A stretch of 64,000 nt of DNA, from NCBI RefSeq assembly GCF_037042905.1, contig NC_087251.1, forward strand, positions 868,001-932,000. The letters are read 5' to 3'. A model generated the notes under the pieces. The model saw nothing but the letters and a program-made list of their open reading frames with translations. It had not been told where the DNA came from and did no database searches. This DNA is from Lytechinus pictus (taxonomy: Eukaryota). Positions 54,001 to 64,000 of this stretch are shown here, in pieces (position 1 is the stretch's first letter; the number at the start of each line of letters is the position of its first letter). The translations under genes and the position numbers were made by a program.

Positions 54001-57000
54001 TTCACAAAATAAATCAAACTTTCTACAGGATGTAGCGATCTAAACATTGGAAAGTATGGAGTAAATTTATCAATATCATCGATGTGAATAAATCTATTAA
54101 CTGTAAGTATAAAATGAGATTGACTTTGAATCCTTTCCTTTTGAATTCAACGGTTTTGAAGTTATCAGTAATGCCTTTGATTTTCTGCTTCAATCGCAAT
54201 TCCCGCAACCGTTACGGCTGTGTGGCCGGAGAAGCATTAAATAGACATAAAATGTGTTGCATTTAGCAGCAACCTAAGCTCGTCGATATTGATATTTTCG
54301 CTAGTTCCGGCGCTTCGCGCGGGAGGTGCAACACCCCCCCCCCCCGTGCATGCTTTGCACGCACCGAAGCCGCTGCGCGGCTTGCGTCGTTTCGCGCCAC
54401 CAACCGCCATAATGAACCTGGCGAGAACGTTGGATAGCTGTGGTCTATGATACATTTATTCAGAGTTGCATCTATGGAAATGGAGTTTGTGGGCCAATTA
54501 GGTAAAAAATATATACACTGTATATAGTTCACAGTCCCAGATTTTGTTTGCTTGGTCAGCGGTGTATTTAATGAGCTGAAGTTGAGGGACAGAACATGGC
54601 ATATGGGCAAAATCCCTGAAGTTGCGAGTGAGTGAGCGAGAAATTTTTTTGGCCTTATCAAAATGAAAATACAATTTTCTGATAGATTTTGATATATTAC
54701 ATTTCATGATTTTCCTTTGCTTTACAAAAGGGAGTGATGCTGCTAGGAAGTTTGTGAAATCATACCATAATTGTACAGTCCTACTTTCTTTCTTTAGGAG
54801 GACATAATATCCTTGGAAATGTCAATGTTACCGTAATATTGACATTCTATGCCATGAGCCCCAGCACTCTCACTATTCAATCATCACTTTACACATTGAG
54901 TAACTAACTTTACTTGCCACAAAACTCAAAAACTTGATGAGAATATCTCATATACATGTATATCTATAACAAGTTTGATAAGGTTTTCACTAATCAAACA
55001 CATGTGCATGCCCATCCAGACACACACACACTTCTTAATATCTCAAAAGAAGTTCCAAAATTATAATCTAAACCTTCTTGTTACTTCATCACCAAATTGA
55101 CCATGGTATAATTGTAAGCCTAGTAACTCTTCTTTAAAGGAGAAGGTCACCTTGATGATAAGAAAAATTAGAGAAAGATATTGGTCAAGGTTCGGTGAAA
55201 ATCCATTGAAAAATAATAAAGGCTGTAATTTATGATGTGAGCAGCTTAAAATCCATAAATTCTGTTTTTTAAGGAAAATGGTGAATAAAAAGATCATCTT
55301 ATAAATACAAGGTGAAATGATATGTCTGATGATAAATATCCATCCCAAATATCAAAAAATTCTGTAGTTTATATCACATGAATATAGAGGAGCTGCCCAT
55401 CTGTGACATCAGAAAAATGAAAAGTTTAAAAATTCATAACCCTGTTATTCTTTGACTCATTATTATTTATCAAATCTTCACCAATATTTTTGTTTTTTTA
55501 AAGCATTTTTTTTTATCTGTGGGAACTTCCCCTGTAAAAGATGTCCTCAAATTGTCCATATTCAACTATAATTCAAATTCAATTATTTATAGTCAAATAG
55601 TGGCATCATAATAAAGAGAATACAGGCAACAAAATCAAAACTAAAATCTTGAAGGATTTTTTTTCCAAGCCCAGGAAAGTGAAACAGAAGCTTTGAAATG
55701 TATGTTGACAGTAGGGATTACCCTATTCACTTGCAAAATTGTCTGAAATGTTTTGTGTTGCTTTATTTCTTTAACCGCAGTCGTTGTAACGTGCAAAATG
55801 TATGGAAATGTCAATACTTTGAAAATAACAAGTTTGCAGTGATGACTTAATGAAATGCTACATTATGGCAATGAGAAACAAACAGAAGCCGAAGTGTGAA
55901 TTGCAGTTTTAAGTTTTTTTACATGAATGCTTTGTCACTTTCCAAACTTACAATTCAAAGAAGAAAAATAATAATTGGAAACTTACACATCTACAAAGAG
56001 CACTGATTCTCCCCAGTAACGTTCCTTGCATAGATCTTGCAGGTACTGGAAAAAACACAAAATAAATACAAGACTATGAAAAATACACACATTAAATGAA
56101 AAAGATTTATTAAAAAAACATAGATGTAAAGGAAAAATCACAATGTGGGTTTTCATTCAATCTTAGCAAGATTTTAGGCAAAAAAGAAGAAGAGCCATTT
56201 CAATTGTCTTGTCTAAAACAAGTGGAATGCCTCTTACAGTCTTGCATGCATTACACGATTCAATATAGCAGCTGAATAGCAGATGAATAATTATTTACAT
56301 TAATAAAATACTAAGTACATTAACCCTAAATTACCTTTGACCTTAATCATGTGACCATAAACTTTTGCAAGACAATCAGTGATACTTGATTACCCTTTTG
56401 TCCACCAATTTTCATGGGCCAGATCCATAAGTTTAAAAGTTATGATGACATTTCAAAACCTTAAAGGGGAATCCAACCCAAATAAAAACTTGTTTTTATA
56501 AGGAAAAGAAAAATCAGACAAGTTGATAGGTGAAAGTTTGAACAATATTGGACAAACAACAAGAAAGTTATGAATTTTTAAAAGTTGTAAATATTGGTAA
56601 TCACTATAACCATGGAGACTTCAAATTGGCCGCATATGGGATGTCATAGTGATGTAAGGCAAGGACTACTCTTCCATGTACTCCAATACATATTATGGCT
56701 AAAATGTCATTTTTCCCATAAGTTTTATTTCAAATTATATTTTTCTTTCATGAGGACATAAAACAATATACTACCTAGGTTATATTTAGATTACTGCCCC
56801 AGGGGAATGGGTACTTTGGAGAAAACCACAAATCCCTGATAATAAAGTACATGGCCTATGGGAAAGTTGTCCTTGTCCCTTATCATAATTTACTTACCCA
56901 GTTGCCATTTTGAAATCTACATAGTATTAGTGATCTCAATTTTAAAGCAGCTATAACTTTCTTATTGCTTGTCCAATTTTTTTCAGACTTTCACCATTCT

Positions 57001-59251
57001 GTTTAATTTATTTTTCTCCTTCCCAACACAACATTTTATGGCCAAGGCTGGATTCCCCTTTAACCATGTTTAAGATTTCTATGTTGATAACCAAAGCATG
57101 GTTTAAAGTTCTTTGACCCTAAATAACCTTTGAACTTGGTCATGTGACCTGAAACTTATGCAGGATGATCAGTGATGTTTCAATTTCATAAACAAGGTCC
57201 ATATAATTTCTTTAGCTATTATCACATTTCAAAAACTTCACCTTAGTTAAGATTTCAATGTTGATGACGCCGCTGTCGAAAAAGCGGCACCTACAGTCTC
57301 GATCTACTTTGCAGACAAGACCAAATAAAAAAAAAACCAAAATTTTAAACACAGAGGCCCACATTCTGAATTCAGGTGTAATTCAATCTCTGATCTATAG
57401 CTGTGGTTTAACTATGGATAGTCAGTTATGACACAAATCTCTAACAGTACAGGTTCAATCTATCAATTCATTTGACATTTTAATCATTCATATCTTTCTT
57501 GGAATAATGACTTAAGCATGAGGAACCAAATAATAAACATAAGAAATATAAAATGTAAACAAAATGTTGACATTTTCAGCTTGCCATAATTTAAGCACAG
57601 GGTTAGACCATGGTTTATTGTAAATTGGGCTTAAGAATACAAGCCAAAGTATAACATGCCTTTCGTGTCATATATGAATTGGCAATTTTCACACTAATTT
57701 CATATTAATTTCAACAGATTTTCAAGTCTAATACTATCAAGGGTCCATATAAAATAGGTTTTCAGATCAAATATTTCATCATCATATGAATGAAGTTGAT
57801 GATATTAATCATATAATATTGCACATGTATATAAGTATGAATGGAGCTTCAGATTGTTGTAACCACATGTCTTCTAAACTTGATTTGCTGACTGAATAAC
57901 ATTCACACAATACCATTTATCAACCCTTCTAACTCATAAACTGAACTTATATCTTGATTGGATTAGATGCTAATTCAGAGGTGCAAACAAGCTAAGGAAA
58001 AACCACAGCCACAGCAACAAGAAAATGGATTATAAACTGTCATAGACCCACACCAGAGCTAAAAGTGAAATTGACAAGTGGAAACTCTATATTATGCTAC
58101 AAAGCACAACAATGTAAATTTCACAAATACTAACCGCTTGCCAGCTGAGTTATTTGCATAAGAAGACTCCAATTATCGGGTTTCAAAAATATAATTTATG
58201 GCGCTCTTAAGGGCCTGAATTACTTGACATTGACATTTTACTGTGTCAGAAGTTATGTGATTACATAGGTTTAAAAGATTTTTTTTAAATTGATTTCCAG
58301 ATTTTGAATATTTCTTTAAAAACAATTTGTAGAGGGATTGATAGAGGCCTGAAGCTCTTGACTATGATTTGTGATTTCTATCTTTGGCTCTTATTTGGCC
58401 TTAATTGTTATGTCATGAAAAACTGTTACACATGATCTGAATGAAGATAGAGATGGTAAGTTGTGCCAAATAAGCAGGAAATAAAACATGGCAAAAACTA
58501 AATTAAAACCAGTAGGTTTTATAAATAAAGCATGCAGTAAAAGCTATTAATGATATCCTGATAAAGTGAAAATTATCAATTGTGTAATCTGGATAACGAA
58601 ACAATTATCCATTCCTTTCTGTGTACAAACCAATAGATGGAATCACAACGTTTCTGACACAGAAAGACATCATGGAATTGAGGCTGGTGGAAAGCACAAT
58701 TAAGCCTATTTGCAAAACCCAATATTGGAGCTAATCTCAAGCAAAATACTCAGCTGATAATGGTGAAAATACATAAAACTTGCACTGGTGTGTCTTGTAG
58801 TTAATAAGCCTCTGAATGCTATTTCATTAATCAATTTCACTTTTGGGTCTGGTTGGGGTCTCCAAAAATGATTTTTGCTATGCTTTGTTGCTTAATTCTT
58901 ACCCCAGGATCGGATGATGGGATGTCAAGTGAGTCTACTATATGAAGATCGTCTTGGGTCAATTTAACAGTGAGCGCAACCCTCAGACCATGAGCTCTTA
59001 TTTCATTAGGTAATACATACCAGTAGCTTCTAGGACCTCTTGGCCCCAATGCTTTACCACCTGTAAGTCAATCATATGAATGATAGAAGAAAAAAAACAT
59101 ATGTTGTATAAAGCTAGGAAAACTATGAAAGATGCTCTTGAAATCACAAGAAATAACATTACATACAAAAATTAAAGCTTTCATCATACTAAGCTCTAAC
59201 TGAAGACAACGCCATCCTAATCTAACAGCGATGTATGTTTCATTATACTAT

Positions 59252-59287
<36 letters not shown>

Positions 59288-59462
59288 TACTATTACTATT
59301 ACTATTACTACTACTACTACTACTATGATGACTACTATGACTACTACGATTACTACTACTACTATGACGACTACTACTACTACTACTACTATTACTACTA
59401 CTATTACTACTACTACTATGATGACTACTATGACTACTACGATTACTACTACTACTATGACG

Positions 59463-59494
<32 letters not shown>

Positions 59495-59543
59495 GACTAC
59501 TACTACTACTACGACTACAACTACTACTACTACTACTATGATG

Positions 59544-59602
<59 letters not shown>

Positions 59603-59624
59603 TTCTACTACTACGACTACTATG

Positions 59625-59656
<32 letters not shown>

Positions 59657-60101
59657 CGGTACTACTACCACTACTACTACTACTATGACTACTACTACTA
59701 CTACGACTACTATGACTACTACTTCTACTACTACTACTTCTACTACTACTATGATGACTACTACTACTATTACTACTACTACTACTATGATGACTACTAC
59801 TACTACTACTACTACTACTATGATGACTACTACTACTACTACTACTACGATGACTACTACTACTACTACTACTACTACTATGACTACTACTACTATTACT
59901 ACTACTACTATGACTACTACGACTTCTACTACTACTACTTCTACTACTACTACTACTACTATTATATACTACTATTACTACTACTACTACTACTACTACT
60001 ACTATTATATACTACTATTACTACTACTACTACTACTACTACTAATACTACTACTATGACTACTACTAATACTACTACTACTAATTCCACTACTATGACT
60101 A

Positions 60102-60138
<37 letters not shown>

Positions 60139-63100
60139 AATGATGATTATAATGACTGACCTCCAACCCAGATAGGTGATCTTCTGCTACCATGTCTAGC
60201 TCGACCAGTACCCTTCTGTCGCCATGGTTTCCTTCCACCTCCTCTTACCTCTGCCCTGCTTTTAGCATTTGCTAAACTCTGCAGCAATCAAACAAAATGT
60301 GCAACAATAGGATAATGGCTTTACAATTTTGTTATTTAACATAAATATTTTCAATTTTGTCAGTTTTTAAACACCATTTTGTTGACAGCCTTGGCAGAGT
60401 ATTAAACCATTGTTGTACAAAAACAAGTAGCACGCCCAAGGTACCGTAGTAGACTTCCCTAGAAATATAGAACAATTCCCAGACAAAGCATTATTCCTCG
60501 TTGAAATGTTAAGACATGGCATTGAAAATCCTGGAAAGGAAATTATTTTTCTACAAATTCAAATTTCTGCTCTTTAACAAAATCTGAAAGAATTTTATTT
60601 CAATGCAAATTGATGCCTATATTTGCACCCCACCCCACCCATAGAGAACCCACTACTTCTACTTGCCTGCCCATGTAACAAACAAAAAAGGTTTATACAT
60701 GGCTCAGCTTTTAAAGAAATGAATTGGTGGGCACATTAAAGTTAAATTAAATGTGATAGAAATGAGTCCTTTTCAAATAATACTGATACATGGTTACAAT
60801 CAAGTCATCCTTCTTATTCCTTGCTCATTTAAATGAGATGTCATATAATACACACATGATTTCAATTTCCAAAACTGAATATATTTTCAATTTCTCCTCA
60901 ATATTAAATCTCGAATGCTTTATTGTGCAGGTCCAAATTCACACATTATTGTGTGAGTAATATCAAACAATAAACAGGAAAAATATATATAATTGACATT
61001 TATAATTTATAATTATGGCTCGGTTAGGCTCAGTACTTCTTAACACTAATTGTTTATGGGTACAATGCATCATAAATCTGGAAAATTTTGATTTACCTTT
61101 GAAAGGTAAGAACATAGCTTTAACTTGATTAAGAAGATCATTCTCTGATATTATCAGGAAGTTTGTTTCATGCTGAGGGACTGTATACTGAAATGCTCTA
61201 TGTCCCTCTTTTTTCTATACGATATTTATATAGATACATACTATTCTCTTGTAATTTCTCTGCCATAGAACATTCCTATGTAAGATATCTATCCTGTGAA
61301 TGGAAGGGAAAAGAAAAGAGAATGGGGATAAAACAATAAACATGTAAGAAAAGAAATAAGACTTGTAGGAAGGAGGTGAATTCGTATAGTTTTGTATCCA
61401 GTAATGATTTAATTATTCCAAAGGCATGACTAGATTTCAACCTGTAGAGAACAGTTTTCTTACATTATAAATGATGATATAAAAAGAGATATATGTGGTG
61501 GATTCACAAAGCACAAAACCAAAAACTGACACTTGTGTTAAAGGGATGGTCCGGGCTGAAAATATTTATATCTTAATACATAGAGTAGAATTCACTGAGC
61601 AAAATGCCGAAAATTTCATCAAAATCGGATAAGAAATAATAAAGTTATTGAAGTTTAAAGTTTAGCAATATTTTGTGAAAACAGCCGTCATGAATATTCA
61701 TCAGGTGGGCTGATAATGTCACATCCCCACTTTTCGTTTTCTTATGTTATTACATAAAATCATTATTTTTTCATTATTTCATACTTGTGTGAATAATATG
61801 TCTCCCTTATAATGAAATACGTTGCAGCAATAAATATCTAATGCACTGAATCAGTTGTCAATCCAATTTTTCTAGTTCTTGGAGGAAAAAATTTGAATAA
61901 ACCTAATTTCATATAATAAAATACAAAAGAACAAGTGGGGATGTGACATCATCAGCCCACCTAATGAATATTCATGACGACTGTTTTCACAAAATATTAC
62001 TAAACTTTAAAATTCAATAACTTTGTTATTTGTTATCCGATTTTGATGAAATTTTCGGCATTTTGCTCAGTGAATTATACTCTATCTATTCAGCTATAAA
62101 TACATTCAGCCCGGACCATCCCTTTAAATGCTAGTCTATTTTAATATCAAGTTTATTAGAATGATCTCCAAGAAAAATGACACATGTTTACCAATGAAAT
62201 TTCATACAAAATCACACAAGAATGTTTTGTGTTGTCATTTCTGTTTAATTAGCAGAGGTAACATATTTATCAATAATACTATTCTATAGCATGAGTCTAT
62301 TGGATGTAACCTCACTGTGTAAATGTCCTCTTTCGTTTGGAGAACAGTATCCCTTTAATAAAATTCACCTCATGGTGATACTAGCTTGCTGTGCAACACC
62401 TTTCACTTTAAAACAAAGTGATCTCTAGTTGCAGTCTCAAGGTCCTTTAATACAGGGAATTATTTATTGAAGCCTTTCAACTGAATCAACAACTTGACTC
62501 TAAATCAACTTTTGATTAAAGGTTATAATCAAGGTCTGTGTCTATAGACTAGGATGGTACCTACCTAGGAAATGTAGCAAAGACATGTGGATGAAGATCT
62601 ATGAGACCAAGTTTGTTGTCTTCAAGTGAATTCATTGTTTCTAGCCATGCTTGAACAGGTTCTAATGTTGGATCAGAGTGAAGTAATTCTCTGCTTGTAA
62701 CCAGAGGTAAACCTGATGCTTCATCACTGGAGTAATCTACACCATATATTGAACAAAAAATGCATAATAAATTGCTTTAAGGTCAAGTCCACCCTAGAAA
62801 ATTGTTGATTGAATTGACAGAGAAAATCAAACAAGCATAACGCTGAAAATTCTAAGGGACAATTCTAAGTTTCGCTTATTCTTCACAAAACAGCTATATG
62901 CACAACTCAGTGATATGCAAATGAGAGTCGATGATGTCCCTCACTCACTATTTCTTTTGTTTTTATTGTTTGAATTACCGGTATACAATATTTAGATTTT
63001 AACAGTTGACAAGGACCAACTTGACTTTTTAATCATTATCCGTTAAAATAATGGTCATTCCGCATGTTCAGGGAGGAATAACATTTTGTTTCATTCACAT

Positions 63101-63733
63101 GACAATGAGAAAATTATAATTTTTCATATTTCATATAACAAAATACAAAAGAAATAGTGAGTGGGTGATGTTGTCAGTCTGCTCATTTCCATACTGAAAT
63201 AACTATTTTGCAAAATTAAGCAAAATTTTAAAATGTCATAACTTTCATATTTTACATTCCATTTTGATGAAATTTTCAGTATGTTTATTAGATATTTCTC
63301 CTTTTATTCAAATCAACTTTTTATTGGAGTGGACTTGTCCTTTAACAAAAAAAATCTGATAATGGTTTGACTTAGCTATAAGTGTGACCTTAGAGAAAAT
63401 TTGAAATGTCATACATGTTGGTATCACTTATTAGTGAATTAAGATAATAGAAAATGAACCTTTCATTGTCTTAAAGCTAACCGGGGCCTTCTTTCAATTA
63501 TATGTCATATCTTAGGCTATTGAAAGTGTGAAAGTAAGTGTTCAAATAGCAAAAACAAAATTGTCAAAGAATGTAATCTATATTTTATGTGATGTGCTAA
63601 AGTTAACAAGATACTTACATCTTTCTGTATTGCCATTCTTTTGATTGAACTTAATAAGCCATGAAGCATTCAGAGACCAGGAGGACCAGCATGATGATAG
63701 GGCTCCACTTCTACTAACTGATTTTACAAAAGT
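23853..63733 (-). CDS. MRPL4: 39S mitochondrial ribosomal protein L4 (uL4m), spliced gene, 5' end outside the window
   Basis: Exons 63619-63733, 62565-62736, 61242-61293, 60161-60278, 58903-59060, 55987-56045, 36086-36165 and 23853-24061 are all GT-AG and phase-compatible, totalling 963 nt. The product contains the uL4 motifs [42 protein letters not shown] and [16 protein letters not shown]. Confidence 0.95.
26185..26345 (-). promoter_or_regulatory. CpG-rich promoter-like island with CRE and E-box motifs and a candidate first exon
   Basis: TGACGTCA at ~26190 and ~26310, and CACGTG at ~26302 within GTCGACGTGCACGTGAGTGACGTCA. Minus-strand ATG at 26270, donor GAGG|GTAAGT at 26230. Confidence 0.45.
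27351..28079. mobile_element. HINE/Pearl-like element, family B, complete
   Basis: AAACAAGAGTGTCGC...GCGAGCAC hairpin end, four ~140-155-bp units containing TGACCTTTTGACCTCAAAATCAATAG, a (GACG)n tract, and the terminal hairpin CCGTCTAGGACGG followed by an A-run. Confidence 0.8.
28944..29522. mobile_element. Kolobok/T2-like MITE, family 1
   Basis: TTAA flanks; TIR AGGACAAGTCCACCCC...GGGGTGGACTTGTCCT (left copy degenerate); long internal inverted symmetry. Confidence 0.75.
31096..31140 (+). ncRNA. Minimal type I hammerhead ribozyme (Penelope-like element type) with degenerate stem II
   Basis: ACTG-TACT-CTGATGA-GTGCATGTC-GAAA-AGCT-TC-AGTA-tgt-CAGT: canonical core, palindromic AGCT loop, UC cleavage site, bulged stem I. 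Confidence 0.65.
31508..31594. repeat. Two-copy tandem duplication of about 42 bp
   Basis: AACATGAGGTTCATCAATTCAGACATTCATTTCCATATGGG occurs twice in a row. Confidence 0.85.
32101..34892. mobile_element. 2.8-kb non-autonomous Academ-like foldback transposon
   Basis: Termini TAGTCCAGGATAG / CTATCCTGGACTA with a 3-bp TAT duplication; inverted arms longer than 500 bp; internal repeats with AAAATGGCCGCC pointing outward symmetrically. Confidence 0.8.
34929..35918. mobile_element. Kolobok/T2-like MITE, family 1, carrying a HINE-B insertion
   Basis: TTAA-AGGTCAAGTCCACCCC...GGGGTAGGCTTGTCCT-TTAA. Confidence 0.8.
35366..35783. mobile_element. HINE family B fragment nested in a TTAA MITE
   Basis: Closely matches 27352-27740 and lies inside 34929-35918. 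Confidence 0.75.
36086..36165 (-). CDS. MRPL4: MRPL4 exon
   Basis: [26 protein letters not shown], matching uL4m EEMP...EA...KTFN; ttttacAG / GTAAAT; phases fit both neighbours. Confidence 0.9.
36320..36783. mobile_element. HINE family A copy, truncated where another repeat begins
   Basis: ACAAGTGGAGCGCCTCTGGCAGTCTCGCCTGCAT terminus plus two internal units, breaking off at ~36783. Confidence 0.75.
36784..37182. mobile_element. Truncated CpG-rich DNA-transposon fragment
   Basis: Repeated GTGAGAAC and AAGCGATCTTC motifs, ends GAGAACGGCC; abrupt composition change where HINE-A breaks off. Confidence 0.45.
39240..40806. repeat. 222-bp tandem repeat, about 5 copies, first copy interrupted by a MITE
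   Basis: The CACCTAT(A/G)GCAAGAGAAGACATAAGC anchor occurs at 39283, 39978, 40200, 40422 and 40644. Confidence 0.95.
39494..39913. mobile_element. Kolobok/T2-like MITE, family 1, right end lost
   Basis: TTAA-AGGACAAGTCCACCCCAAC left end; body matches the other copies and then merges into the 222-bp array. Confidence 0.75.
45119..45409. mobile_element. Degenerate Harbinger-like MITE
   Basis: GGTCCGTGTTCTGA...TCAGAATACAGGCC ends; related in inverted orientation to 57356-57645. Confidence 0.5.
45579..46568. mobile_element. Tc1/mariner-like MITE
   Basis: TA-CAGTGCGTATCAAAAAAAAGTTTACACTT...AAGTGTAAACTTTTTTTTGATACGCACTG-TA. Confidence 0.85.
49035..49073 (-). ncRNA. Minimal type I hammerhead ribozyme (Penelope-like element type) with a core U4C change
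   Basis: Minus strand reads GCCT-CCGACGA-A-GATTCT-GCT-AGGATC-GAA-AGCT-T-AGGC: stem I, CNGANGA core, stem II, GAAA, palindromic stem III, UH site, stem I. Confidence 0.7.
50556..51901. mobile_element. HINE family A, complete copy
   Basis: Sub-terminal inverted repeats GTCTCGCCTGCAT (50578) and ATGCAGGCGAGAC (51885), terminal hairpin, A-run flanks, and about 6-7 tandem units of ~163 bp. Confidence 0.85.
55138..55533. mobile_element. Degenerate Kolobok/T2-like MITE
   Basis: TTAA-AGGAGAAGGTCACC left end, GGGAACTTCCCCT right end, residual inverted symmetry. Confidence 0.45.
55987..56045 (-). CDS. MRPL4: MRPL4 exon
   Basis: [19 protein letters not shown](V), matching uL4m YL...WGDSVLLVD; ttccAG / GTAAGT. 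Confidence 0.93.
56217..57325. mobile_element. HINE family A, diverged copy interrupted by a TTAA MITE
   Basis: Both family A termini are recognisable; the copy is split at a TTAA by element 56465-57059. Confidence 0.75.
56465..57059. mobile_element. Kolobok/T2-like MITE, family 2
   Basis: TTAA-AGGGGAATCCAACC...GGCTGGATTCCCCT-TTAA; duplicates a TTAA of the host HINE. Confidence 0.8.
57356..57645. mobile_element. Degenerate Harbinger-like MITE
   Basis: GGCCCACATTCTGA...AAGAATACAAGCC ends; shares an internal AACTATGGATAG...ACACAAATCT block with 45119-45409. Confidence 0.5.
58903..59060 (-). CDS. MRPL4: MRPL4 exon
   Basis: (G)[52 protein letters not shown]; tacAG / GTAAGA. Confidence 0.97.
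59246..60138. repeat. (TAC)n microsatellite, ~890 bp, imperfect
   Basis: Directly visible; source of the poly-Y/T/V/S ORFs. Confidence 0.97.
60161..60278 (-). CDS. MRPL4: MRPL4 exon (conserved uL4 loop)
   Basis: [39 protein letters not shown]; tgcAG / GTCAGT. Confidence 0.97.
61242..61293 (-). CDS. MRPL4: MRPL4 exon
   Basis: (R)[17 protein letters not shown]; cacAG / GTATGT. Confidence 0.93.
61542..62123. mobile_element. Kolobok/T2-like MITE, family 3, young palindromic copy
   Basis: TTAA-AGGGATGGTCCGGGCTGAA...TTCAGCCCGGACCATCCCT-TTAA with ~200-bp near-perfect inverted arms. Confidence 0.85.
62565..62736 (-). CDS. MRPL4: MRPL4 exon
   Basis: [56 protein letters not shown](R), matching uL4m PVQAW...GLxDLHPxVFA; AG/GT boundaries. 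Confidence 0.93.
62780..63341. mobile_element. Kolobok/T2-like MITE, family 1
   Basis: AGGTCAAGTCCACCC...GAGTGGACTTGTCCT-TTAA with the same body as the other copies. Confidence 0.8.
63619..63733 (-). CDS. MRPL4: MRPL4 exon, N-terminal presequence-like region
   Basis: ttccAG / GTAAGT. Translates [38 protein letters not shown]: Ser/Lys/Arg-rich and acid-poor. Joins the next exon in frame as R-Y-Y-S-S, resembling a mitochondrial processing site. Confidence 0.7.
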
Positions 63734-64000
63734 CTGGAAAAAAGGAATTAAAACTTTAGTAAATTTGGGTTGATAAGTATGCTTTGGAGTGTGCAAGAAG
63801 TACAGTTAGGTAGCATCAAGTGCAGGTAGAGAGGGCAAGAGAGTTTAGTTTAGCTTCCAACTTCAGGACAAGGATAATGACCTTTTGCTTCACGACATCG
63901 CAAGAACTGCTTCATGCTTTAGGCACAGCATCCAAAACTTGCTTCATAAAATGTATGTGAGCACATGTTGGTTTGTTTTGGTTTTGAAAGTCCATCTACC

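Noticed and set aside
59231..60175. Long ORFs of 314, 274 and 142 aa (poly-Y, poly-T, poly-V)
   Set aside because: Translations of the (TAC)n microsatellite inside an MRPL4 intron.

Overview
AT-rich, intron-rich animal genomic DNA. The repeat content suggests a sea urchin or other echinoderm, but this is an inference. Two spliced genes converge tail-to-tail. (1) On +, the 3' end of an SLC46/PCFT-family MFS transporter: a clear exon at 1369-1528 and probable tail exons at 11875-11927 and 15282-15349, with a possible alternative tail at 3241-3343. (2) On -, mitochondrial ribosomal protein L4 (MRPL4/uL4m): eight phase-compatible GT-AG exons from 63733 to the stop at 23853 (963 nt, 320 aa), with the start codon beyond the window. 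Its last two introns are about 19.8 kb and 12 kb. The rest is non-autonomous mobile DNA: two Helentron-associated (HINE/DINE-like) families with internal tandem repeats, TTAA-flanked Kolobok/T2-like MITEs, Tc1/mariner-like and Academ-like foldback elements, small hAT/Harbinger-like MITEs, a tRNA-derived SINE, a 222-bp tandem array and long trinucleotide microsatellites. The most unusual observations are two separate 60-80 bp insertions that are little more than a Penelope-type minimal hammerhead ribozyme flanked by ~13-bp target-site duplications, and a CRE/E-box-rich island in the last MRPL4 intron whose ATG exon is in frame with the last MRPL4 exon. No transposase or reverse transcriptase ORF, rRNA or CRISPR array was seen.
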